From IMG/VR virus record IMGVR_UViG_3300042886_000689: a stretch of DNA of 64,000 nucleotides, one strand, 5' to 3'. Positions 27,396 to 35,753 of the stretch are shown one piece after another. This stretch comes from an uncultured virus (IMG/VR IMGVR_UViG_3300042886_000689). Its lineage: Duplodnaviria; Heunggongvirae; Uroviricota; Caudoviricetes. The stretch's first letter is position 1. Every line of letters begins with the position of its first letter. The notes beneath the pieces were generated by a model, which saw only the letters and a list, made by a program, of their open reading frames with translations, had not been told where the DNA came from and did no database searches. Made by a program: the position numbers and the translations under genes.

Positions 27396-27418
27396 AAAAA
27401 TCCTTTTTTATCCACTTT

Positions 27419-28696
27419 TTAAATATTTCTAATTTCAATTTTATTAAAACTAAGTGTGCAAGGTGTAGCAAAGAAAGGATATAGTGATAAGAATTGATCT
27501 GCCCCATCCGTTATAGGGCCTGTAAACTCAATATATCCGTCGGCCAATATCAATGTGTATGCAGCGGCCCCTAATATATCTATAAACCCTGCTAAATTAA
27601 GATTTGCTCTGACATAAAAGTCATCATTTAACGTACCTGATTCAAGGGCATAATAAACACGCATTTTGTACGTTCCACCAACAAATTGCGGATCATTAAT
27701 TTGAAACGTATAAGTTTTGTCATTATCATTTGATACAGATGTAAATACAATTTTATTTGTATCAAATGAAGTTCCAACCCCTAAATTGGCACCGACAATA
27801 TCCCCATCAGCAAAATCATGCTGCCATAAAACAGAAGGAGGCTCAACCAAAGTTGCCGAGTTCATAAGCCCTGATAAATTTGGCAAGCTTGTCATTAAAT
27901 AAATAGGATCAGAATTATTATCGGTAAATCTGACAACATTATTAAATGTAGCCGTAATAACTCCCGATACTCTTGATATACTGAATGAAAAGGTGGCAGG
28001 ATTGTAAAGTTGCACTGACCCTACATTGGTTGCTGTATCTCCTATTCCTGCCAATTTCTCAACCTGAGCAAAACCCGAATTGTTACTAATATTTAGTGCC
28101 GTATTAAAAAGACTATTATATCCAAGTCCTGCCTGTGGAACAGTTCTCCTGTAGCCAATAAAAAGAGATGTGCCTACGGAAAAAGTAGGAACCTCGCCAC
28201 TGAAAACAAAGTCACCAGTAACTAGATTGCCATAATAGGCAGTATTATCAACGTCACCATTTGATCCTCCCGCTCTGTGAAGCTCACCATTTCCAGCCGT
28301 GGCAATAGTTGGTGCTAAGAAAACGTCCCATAGGGATACAGGAGCAGCATTAAAGTCAACAACAAACTCGGCTTGATTAAGTGAGCTTGTTGGTATCCTC
28401 AATGTCCCTTGGTTGAAGTCCTGAATCGTAATTGAAATAATATCAAAAACATCTCTCGAAGGAGATATTGCAAGAAATGAACTCGTTGGAGTCGCAAGCG
28501 TGGCATCAAATGATACAACAATCATTTCATTTCCGAGTGAACTTCCATAATTTAAAATAACTTTTTTCCAGTTTGCATCATCAGCAAACCAAGCATCGGC
28601 CACAACTACAGGCAAAGCCGCTAGTGCCGCTTTATCGAGTGTGAAAGTGATTGGTGCGTCTTTAGCAATGGGAGAAGATTTTGTAATGATCGGCAT
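27419..28696 (-). CDS. Spike/decoration paralogue (IITK N-domain plus lectin-like C-domains)
   Basis: Same N-domain; C-terminal beta-rich modules (FSFSISRVSGVITATFNN). Confidence 0.75.
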   Translation of the reverse strand: MPIITKSSPIAKDAPITFTLDKAALAALPVVVADAWFADDANWKKVILNYGSSLGNEMIVVSFDATLATPTSSFLAISPSRDVFDIISITIQDFNQGTLRIPTSSLNQAEFVVDFNAAPVSLWDVFLAPTIATAGNGELHRAGGSNGDVDNTAYYGNLVTGDFVFSGEVPTFSVGTSLFIGYRRTVPQAGLGYNSLFNTALNISNNSGFAQVEKLAGIGDTATNVGSVQLYNPATFSFSISRVSGVITATFNNVVRFTDNNSDPIYLMTSLPNLSGLMNSATLVEPPSVLWQHDFADGDIVGANLGVGTSFDTNKIVFTSVSNDNDKTYTFQINDPQFVGGTYKMRVYYALESGTLNDDFYVRANLNLAGFIDILGAAAYTLILADGYIEFTGPITDGADQFLSLYPFFATPCTLSFNKIEIRNI

Positions 28697-28708
28697 ATAT
28701 TCCTTTTA

Positions 28709-30019
28709 TTATACTTTTTCAATTAAATAATCAAAAAACTTAATCTCTGTATTATCCTGAGCGTTCATCCAGAACTGGAAAGAATTTACACCGGCCTGAA
28801 CATTGCAAGCATTAAAAGTAAATACTTCATTAGTATGAACTCCAACACTTAATCGAGGATCACTACTGTTCATTGTAAGAGTAACATCACCCAATAGAAC
28901 TTTTAAAAATACAAAAGCAGCATCAATAGATATTACTTCATAGCTCACTGTTACAGTATAATTCTGAGAGCTATTAGGGAAATACGCTGAAAGAGGAGAA
29001 GTGTAATAAATTTGATAATTGCTTGGGTTAGGCCCTGTTTGAATCAGCCTTAGACCTGAAGCGGCGTATTGAATTGTTCCAAACGGAGTTGCACTAAATT
29101 CAAAAGCTTCCTGACTTGCAGGAGAAAGAAAGTTTCTTTCAAATAGAAGAGGAGTCTCGGTAGCGTCAATAACTGCCGAACCGTTAATATCGTTTATCAT
29201 ACACGCAGCATACAAATCACCTGAGTAAGAATCGGTGAAAACCTCAACACCATTAAACTTGGCACTAACAGCACTTCCTACTCTGCTTATTTCAAAAGTT
29301 TTTATTCCTGCGGTGTAGGGGGTAGTAATTATTGTTGTGGCCGTACTGGAAACACCAGCATATAATCTTACTGCTCCTATTCCTCCATCCATATAAAGAC
29401 ATGAAGTAATATTCTGTGACGGATCGCCTCCACTAACTGAAACTGGAAACGCTTTACGATACCCTAGCATGAAATTCTCTTGTGTGGCCCCCGGCCCTGG
29501 CCCTGCTAGGCAATTGAGGTTTCCACTAAATACAAAGTCACCAACGAAAGGAGTTGAGTCATAGGCAGCATTTCCCCATGAAGCTACGCCTATAGTATGA
29601 AGTTCTCCAAGACCATCAGTGGCAACATCTCCAAAGAGTGTGTCCCACTCAAAACTTGAAGGAGGCACAACGGCCATATCAATTAAAAATTCGGCAGGAT
29701 TTAATTCACTTGTCGGCACCCTAAATGTCCCATTTGCAAAATCAGTAATTGATATTGAAACAATTTCAAAAACATCTTGGCAGATAGCAGGGGCGAGCCA
29801 TGTACCAGTAGGAGAAACTTGAGTTGCATTAAATGATACAAAAAGCATTTCTCCGTATTGTTGACTTAGATAATTAAGTGAAACTTTTTTCCAGTTTGCA
29901 GTATCACCGAACCATGGGCTTGCTGCCACAGAAGTAACGGCTGCGAGAGAAGACTTGTCTAGTGAAAATGAAGCTGGGGAGTTTTTCTCAATAGTTGAGG
30001 GCTTTGTAATAATTGGCAT
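28709..30019 (-). CDS. Spike/decoration paralogue (IITK N-domain plus lectin-like C-domains)
   Basis: Start MPIITKPS with AAGGA RBS; FEISRVGSAVSAKFNG module. Confidence 0.75.
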   Translation of the reverse strand: MPIITKPSTIEKNSPASFSLDKSSLAAVTSVAASPWFGDTANWKKVSLNYLSQQYGEMLFVSFNATQVSPTGTWLAPAICQDVFEIVSISITDFANGTFRVPTSELNPAEFLIDMAVVPPSSFEWDTLFGDVATDGLGELHTIGVASWGNAAYDSTPFVGDFVFSGNLNCLAGPGPGATQENFMLGYRKAFPVSVSGGDPSQNITSCLYMDGGIGAVRLYAGVSSTATTIITTPYTAGIKTFEISRVGSAVSAKFNGVEVFTDSYSGDLYAACMINDINGSAVIDATETPLLFERNFLSPASQEAFEFSATPFGTIQYAASGLRLIQTGPNPSNYQIYYTSPLSAYFPNSSQNYTVTVSYEVISIDAAFVFLKVLLGDVTLTMNSSDPRLSVGVHTNEVFTFNACNVQAGVNSFQFWMNAQDNTEIKFFDYLIEKV

Positions 30020-30233
30020 ATATTCCTTGTTTGTTTGGGCGGTCACAAGATTTTATCCTTGTGACCGTGATCATACCCTTTGAAGTCAATAATTCAGAAG
30101 GGCATAATACTTATTCATTGTTGATCTTCGGTTTTGTCCGTATGAATGGGCAACATATATTATACTAAATTTCAGGATTTAAAGGTAGGTAAATAAGAGG
30201 CGAGAAAGAGGAGAGACTAAATTAATCAACATT

Positions 30234-30259
30234 AAAAAGGGAGGGGTTTCCCCCTCCCT
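30234..30259 (-). terminator. Intrinsic terminator
   Basis: agggagggg/cccctccct stem with an A-run on the + side. Confidence 0.8.
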
Positions 30260-30309
30260 GAGAATCAAAGACGAATCCACTCTCAGAACTTAATCCAAGA
30301 GGGGTTTTA

Positions 30310-31914
30310 TTACTTCAAAGTAATATCAAAGCTAGAAGCATCTTCAATTTCGGCCCTTTTTACAACTTTAAGAACACCTGAAGCATTTTTCACAATGATC
30401 TTGTGTAGTTGAAATGTTTGGCCAGAAGCCATTCCTGACTTGAGTTTCATGGATTTAAAACCACTAAAGTTTTTAAACGAAGAAACAAGTCTCTTTGAAG
30501 ACGAGTTATGCTTGAATACATAACTTACCATTGACCAATCAGAATCGCTTGAAAAAGCAGCATCAGAAGAAACGCTAGAAAGAGCAGATACCAATTCCTT
30601 GCTCATTTCAGATGAGATGCTTTGCCCAGACGATGCTTGTGTACTAGCAACAATGCCTTTAGTGATTGAAGTATTCGTTCCAATATTCATCCCAGCTGTT
30701 TGTGACCCTGTAGGCCCGATAAGATACCCTGCGTTTTCATTTCCAACAAAAGAGTAGTTTACGTTATTATTAACGCTTGCCCCAGCTCCTCTGGCCCTAA
30801 GGGCCGAACCATACTTGAAACTACCCTTGAAAGTGTTGCTTGTGATAGTAGCATTTGCCGCATCAATAGTTGCCGCCGTATTGTAAGAGAATCCGCTTCC
30901 GGTTGTCCCTTTTACAGTATTGCTCAAAAATTGAGTGGCAATGTTATTGCCTTGGACAACTACTAATTGTCTAGCTACGTTTGGAAAGTTGAACTGTACG
31001 TTACCAAAAGAGAAAGCTCTGACAGTATTTACCGCATCAGGAATGTTTGCAGTAACAGTAACAACATCTCCACTGATAGAAGCAACGCGGAGGCCGGGAG
31101 TTATTTCACTTCCTTGCACGTTTCCAGCGTGAGGAGCAGTAATACCGCTCATATCAGTAAAGCGAATAGTTCTAGCTGATAGAACCGTACCCGACTTCGA
31201 CATTGTACCAAAGTTAGGAACTTGAGCAGAAGATGATCCAACAAAGGTTTGACCCTGAACTGTATTTCTACGAATAATACCGCCGCCTACGAAAGAACTA
31301 GCATCAGTCATGATAGCTGATTCACCTCTTGCTTCAATAATACAATCTTGAAGAATATAACCAGAAGCAGGGGCTTCGCCGTTACCAGCAGTTCTAAAAA
31401 AGATTGCAGCGTTATCTGCAAGGCATCTTGTTTCCAATGCTTGTGGTGCCGTAATTTTCAAATCCTGCACTACATGGTTTGCACCACGAACAACAATAGT
31501 CGATGGAATCAAAGGCATAACTACGGCTTGGTTTGTTTTGGCCGCTGTAGTTGCTGCCGAAATAGTGATAGACGTAGGAGAAACTGATAAAATCCTAGTG
31601 TTTGTAGCAAAACCTGAAGCCGAAGCGATAAATCTTCCAACCATAAGGCCCGAAGTTCCGCTAGGAAACGACAAGGTTGTTGCACCAGATAGCCATGATA
31701 TAGTTTTACTAACGCTCACCTCTTGTATGCCCTTAATTTCCGTTTGAGTTTTTCCAGCACCTTTTAAAGTAACTCCTGATTTATAAAAATCAACATTTTC
31801 TTCAAAAACTCCTGCTCCAACATCAATGGTGTCGCCTGATACAGCTTGAACAAAAGCACTTTGAATGTCAGAGTGCGTTCCTGACCCATCTTTCCGCACA
31901 TAAAAAATTGTCAT
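30310..31914 (-). CDS. Right-handed beta-helix (pectin-lyase-like) spike, putative polysaccharide depolymerase, with C-terminal IITK-like domain
   Basis: YVRKDGSGTHSDIQSAF...GDTIDVGAGVFEENV...VTLKGAG; Asn/Ile ladder repeats; divergent shared domain at the C-terminus. Confidence 0.75.
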   Translation of the reverse strand: MTIFYVRKDGSGTHSDIQSAFVQAVSGDTIDVGAGVFEENVDFYKSGVTLKGAGKTQTEIKGIQEVSVSKTISWLSGATTLSFPSGTSGLMVGRFIASASGFATNTRILSVSPTSITISAATTAAKTNQAVVMPLIPSTIVVRGANHVVQDLKITAPQALETRCLADNAAIFFRTAGNGEAPASGYILQDCIIEARGESAIMTDASSFVGGGIIRRNTVQGQTFVGSSSAQVPNFGTMSKSGTVLSARTIRFTDMSGITAPHAGNVQGSEITPGLRVASISGDVVTVTANIPDAVNTVRAFSFGNVQFNFPNVARQLVVVQGNNIATQFLSNTVKGTTGSGFSYNTAATIDAANATITSNTFKGSFKYGSALRARGAGASVNNNVNYSFVGNENAGYLIGPTGSQTAGMNIGTNTSITKGIVASTQASSGQSISSEMSKELVSALSSVSSDAAFSSDSDWSMVSYVFKHNSSSKRLVSSFKNFSGFKSMKLKSGMASGQTFQLHKIIVKNASGVLKVVKRAEIEDASSFDITLK

Positions 31915-31934
31915 AATTCCCTCCAAGGAATTTT

Positions 31935-31965
31935 AAAAAAGAGCAGGGAGAAATTTCCCTGCTCT
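31935..31965 (-). terminator. Intrinsic terminator
   Basis: agagcaggga/tccctgctct stem with an A-run on the + side. Confidence 0.8.
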
Positions 31966-31997
31966 GATGCAATTATAATTCAAGCCTTTTTGATTAA

Positions 31998-32348
31998 TTA
32001 AATTAAATTAACGTCAAATTCGCTCGTAGTTAGACTTGCTCTGTAAATTGTAAGTATTCCACCATCGAAATCAATAATGTTAATTAATTGAACTTCAAAT
32101 ACGTCTTTGGCGTGAGTTGAAACCAAGAAGCTCGCAGTTGGATTTGATAAAGTGGCATTAAATTCCACTGACTCATATTGCTTTCCAACGGAACTCTTGT
32201 ACACAACCATGACCTCGCTCCAGTTTTCCATATCTAAAAAGTAATCATCTGCAACCACTTCAGGGTGTGCCGCAAGTGCTGACTTAGAAAGAGAGAAAGA
32301 CGCTGGTACGCCTTTTTGAATTGAGCTTGGCTTTGTAATTATAGACAT
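31998..32348 (-). CDS. Stand-alone IITK-domain protein
   Basis: MSIITKPSSI...; AGGAGG RBS; consists only of the shared domain. Confidence 0.8.
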   Translation of the reverse strand: MSIITKPSSIQKGVPASFSLSKSALAAHPEVVADDYFLDMENWSEVMVVYKSSVGKQYESVEFNATLSNPTASFLVSTHAKDVFEVQLINIIDFDGGILTIYRASLTTSEFDVNLI

Positions 32349-32377
32349 AAAAACCTCCTGTTAATTATATTTTTTAA

Positions 32378-32539
32378 TTATTCTTTTAAAACAGAAACCC
32401 ATTCGTTTTCTATAAAAGCCAAGGTATAAAAATCCGTCATTTCTGGAAGAAATCCCCCCACAGAGTTATCTGGCCGTTCTTCTGCCTCGACTGATTCTGT
32501 GTATATTTTAGTGCCTGAATCGTATTTGTGAAATGTCAT
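32378..32539 (-). CDS. Small protein (53 aa), possible fibre-assembly chaperone-like; not in ORF track
   Basis: AGGAG RBS; MTFHKYDSGTKIYTESVEAEERPDNSVGGFLPEMTDFYTLAFIENEWVSVLKE*; directly downstream of the fibre gene. Confidence 0.55.
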   Translation of the reverse strand: MTFHKYDSGTKIYTESVEAEERPDNSVGGFLPEMTDFYTLAFIENEWVSVLKE

Positions 32540-32547
32540 AATTTCTC

Positions 32548-35226
32548 CTAAGTTTTAATAATGTAGTTTATAGATATGTTTTTTGGACGAGATTCTGTGC
32601 TTGTTCTTGGTGTACCGTTAACTCCATCCGTAATGGCCCCCGTAACTGTTGTAGTAATTGCCGAGGGTGAAAGGTTCGACCTGTTCATAACACTTGATCC
32701 CCCTCCAGTCCCAGCGAATGTTGTAGCACCGATTGATCCGTGTGCGTGACCTTGCATTGCATCTGCTTGCAGCGATCCTACCGACATACCGCCGTTTGCG
32801 CCGGTTGCAGCCTGTAATCTTGACGAAGCATCAGGGTCTTCCCATTGTGCTATTACTGCATTGTTTGTTCCACCTAAAACAATTTTAGTTGGAGTTCCGG
32901 CAGTAGCATTTGCTAAAGTCGCAGCAAAGGCCAATGTGCTTGAGTCAACAACTATAGCGTAATAATCAGTATTAATAACCACTCCAGTCAATGTGCCCAC
33001 ACTAGTAAATCTGACCTTGAAACCATTTCTTTTAATACCGTGACCAGTAAAGGTTGCATTGTTAGTAGTAGGCGTACCCGATCCACTTACAGATGCCGGT
33101 ATGTCTACTCGCCCTCTTAAAAACATACCTTGATAATCTGGTACGTTAAAAGTTGTACTGTTATCACCCTGACCGTATTGAGTACCAATTGCAGCATATA
33201 AGTTGAAATAAGTTGTTCTACTTACTGCCTGACCATTACACAATAGGTATCCAGTAGGTGTGCCAGATGGCGCATAAGGCATGACTATACCAGCAGGAAC
33301 TAGCGATGGGGCATTGTTTACTGGTGGGTTAATTATCATTTCCGAAGAGGATATTGCCAAACCTATTGGTGGCGTATTTGAAGCAGGCGTCGAGACTGTA
33401 ATACCGCCTATGGTTGCTACTGATGGGTAGTACAAAGACCCGACTGATAAGCCACTTAAGCCGCTCATTAAACCAGAATATTGAATATTTGTAGATGGAG
33501 CATCCAATATTTGAATATTATCTATTGCAAAAGATGGCTGAGTGCCGCCGTTAGTATCATTTACCCATCCAAATATTACTCGCACAGTAGTATTTTTGTA
33601 TGCAGAAAGGTTCACAGTTTTGTCAGTCCATACAGTAGTGTTAGTGTAAGTGCTTCTTATACCGCCAGCAGGAGCAGAGGTAATTGCTGTGCCTGCGGTC
33701 GGTGTAGCTAGATTAGGATCGACTATTACCATACCATAATCATACACAAGGCCTGCCACTTCCCCAGCTACTTTAACAGAGAACTTTAATTGAACAGAAG
33801 CTAAAGAATTAGGAACCACAATATCTTTATAGAAATACACAGCAGATGCAACAGTATCTGTGTAACCATTGGTTGTGCCGTTGTCGTTAGATATGTATGC
33901 TGAAAATCCTGATCCGTTAGATGTTGCAGAACCAACGGCCCACTTGTTTGCTTGAGAACCATTTACAGTCACCCAACCGTTTTGTGTGAAATTTGCGCTA
34001 GAAAAATCTTCAGCAAAATGAACAGTTGAACCAGAATTGAAGCTTTTAACAATACCAGCAAATCTAGTTCTAGTCGCGGTAGCTATATCCAGTTTGTATG
34101 CTTGACCGGACACTCTTGAACTATCTAGTCCAGTTCCAGAAGAAACATAAACCAGATTTCCAACTTCTAAGACCTCGCCAGACATAAGGGCAGTTAAAGA
34201 ATCCCCACCGCCCGAACCAGCTTCACCTTGTAAACCTTGTTCACCTTGTAAACCAGCTTCACCTTGAATACCTTGCTCACCTTGAATACCTTGAGTACCT
34301 TGCGCTCCTTCCGAACCAGTTGCACCAGCTTCACCTTGTAAGCCTTGTTCACCTTGTAAACCAGCTTCACCTTGTAAACCTTGTTCACCTTGTAAACCAG
34401 CTTCACCTTGAATACCTTGCTCGCCTTGAATACCTTGAGTGCCTTGCGCTCCTTCCGAACCAGTTGCACCTGTTTCACCTTGCAAGCCTTGTTCACCTTG
34501 TAAACCAGCTTCACCTTGAATACCTTGCTCACCTTGAATACCTTGAGTGCCTTGCGCTCCTTCCGAACCAGTTGCACCAGCTTCACCTTGTAAGCCTTGT
34601 TCACCTTGTAAACCAGCTTCACCTTGAATACCTTGAGTGCCTTGCGCTCCTTCCGAACCAGTTGCACCAGCTTCACCTTGTAAGCCTTGTTCACCTTGTA
34701 AACCAGCTTCACCTTGAATACCTTGCTCGCCTTGAATACCTTGAGTACCTTGCGCTCCTTGGTCGCCCTTATCACCTTGAGGCCCTTGAGTTAAAGACAG
34801 TGAATCAATTTGCAAATTAGTGTACGACTTGGCTGCGCCTAGCGTAGCTGCATCACCTGATGATCTTGCGGTTTGCTCTGCTATGAGGGCCGCCAAGATT
34901 GAAGATGAAGTAGACGATATGCTTGATGCGAGGCTTGATTCTGCACTTGTGGCCCGAGAGATTTCCGACGATAGAGAAATATTGAGAGAGTTCTCAATTG
35001 CTTCCGCTCTTGAGACTTCACTTAATTGTGCTGATCTCAAAATGCTTTCTGCCGCCATGGCCCTAGATTCTTCTGAAGCTACCTCGGAGTCAGTATATGC
35101 CTTAAGCGGAGCCTCAATTGTGCTTGCTTTGACAGATTTTGAACTTCCGTTAGTGCTCACTAGAAGAAGATCGTTCGGGTCTAACGCCGTGGTCTTTTCC
35201 GTTAATTGGTTTAATTTTTTGCTCAT
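32548..35226 (-). CDS. Fibre protein: coiled coil, collagen-like G-X-Y repeats, beta-sandwich and phage tail-collar domain
   Basis: Long G-X-Y run; [10 protein letters not shown]...[41 protein letters not shown]; ends [14 protein letters not shown]. Confidence 0.9.
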   Translation of the reverse strand: MSKKLNQLTEKTTALDPNDLLLVSTNGSSKSVKASTIEAPLKAYTDSEVASEESRAMAAESILRSAQLSEVSRAEAIENSLNISLSSEISRATSAESSLASSISSTSSSILAALIAEQTARSSGDAATLGAAKSYTNLQIDSLSLTQGPQGDKGDQGAQGTQGIQGEQGIQGEAGLQGEQGLQGEAGATGSEGAQGTQGIQGEAGLQGEQGLQGEAGATGSEGAQGTQGIQGEQGIQGEAGLQGEQGLQGETGATGSEGAQGTQGIQGEQGIQGEAGLQGEQGLQGEAGLQGEQGLQGEAGATGSEGAQGTQGIQGEQGIQGEAGLQGEQGLQGEAGSGGGDSLTALMSGEVLEVGNLVYVSSGTGLDSSRVSGQAYKLDIATATRTRFAGIVKSFNSGSTVHFAEDFSSANFTQNGWVTVNGSQANKWAVGSATSNGSGFSAYISNDNGTTNGYTDTVASAVYFYKDIVVPNSLASVQLKFSVKVAGEVAGLVYDYGMVIVDPNLATPTAGTAITSAPAGGIRSTYTNTTVWTDKTVNLSAYKNTTVRVIFGWVNDTNGGTQPSFAIDNIQILDAPSTNIQYSGLMSGLSGLSVGSLYYPSVATIGGITVSTPASNTPPIGLAISSSEMIINPPVNNAPSLVPAGIVMPYAPSGTPTGYLLCNGQAVSRTTYFNLYAAIGTQYGQGDNSTTFNVPDYQGMFLRGRVDIPASVSGSGTPTTNNATFTGHGIKRNGFKVRFTSVGTLTGVVINTDYYAIVVDSSTLAFAATLANATAGTPTKIVLGGTNNAVIAQWEDPDASSRLQAATGANGGMSVGSLQADAMQGHAHGSIGATTFAGTGGGSSVMNRSNLSPSAITTTVTGAITDGVNGTPRTSTESRPKNISINYIIKT
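34215..34788 (-). repeat. Collagen-coding tandem repeats (9-bp codon units in longer repeated blocks)
   Basis: Repeated [24 protein letters not shown] with near-identical DNA. Confidence 0.95.
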
Positions 35227-35255
35227 AACTTTCCTTTTTATATTAATGAATCATT

Positions 35256-35684
35256 TTAAAGTGATAAAATTTCGTCGGAATCAAGCATGAAACTGTCACC
35301 ATCATCCAATAGAAGGAATGATTCGGTTACACTTCCTGACAAGTCCAAGTCAAAATCTTCAGCATTAAGCTCTGATCTTGGTATTGAAAAAATCTGCCCG
35401 TCAAAATCTATAATATCAATAGAGTAAACAATAAATGAATTTCTTGCCTTGTCAGATGTTGAGAAAACAAAAGAAGGAGAAATATCAGAGGCGTTAAATG
35501 TTAATGATTTGTGCTGATTCCCGATGCTGCTATTATAGTTCAAAACTACCTTGTCCCAATTGTCTGTATCTCTAAAATAAGAATCACTATTCAATATTTG
35601 TAAATCAGCAAGCTCCGATTTCGACAAGGAGAAAGTAAAGCTTTCGCCTTTCATTATCGAGCTTGGTTTTGTAATTATTGCCAC
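35256..35684 (-). CDS. IITK-domain protein with acidic C-terminal tail
   Basis: GTG start with GAGG; MAIITKPSSI; ends FLLLDDGDSFMLDSDEILSL. Confidence 0.8.
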   Translation of the reverse strand: MAIITKPSSIMKGESFTFSLSKSELADLQILNSDSYFRDTDNWDKVVLNYNSSIGNQHKSLTFNASDISPSFVFSTSDKARNSFIVYSIDIIDFDGQIFSIPRSELNAEDFDLDLSGSVTESFLLLDDGDSFMLDSDEILSL

Positions 35685-35701
35685 GTAGCCACCTCGTTGT
35701 T

Positions 35702-35732
35702 AAAAGAAGGAGAGGATTTCTCCTCTCCTTCT
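35702..35732 (-). terminator. Intrinsic terminator
   Basis: agaaggagagga/tcctctccttct stem with an A-run on the + side. Confidence 0.8.
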
Positions 35733-35753
35733 ATGATTAATGCTAATTAAAAA

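Noticed and set aside
26610..30019. Diversity-generating retroelement or invertible shufflon acting on the spike paralogues
   Set aside because: No reverse transcriptase, no adenine-specific TR/VR pair and no recombinase seen; all copies are co-oriented.
34194..35290. ORFs 34194-34775, 34320-34820 and 34820-35290
   Set aside because: Alternative-frame or antisense shadows of the collagen/coiled-coil repeats.
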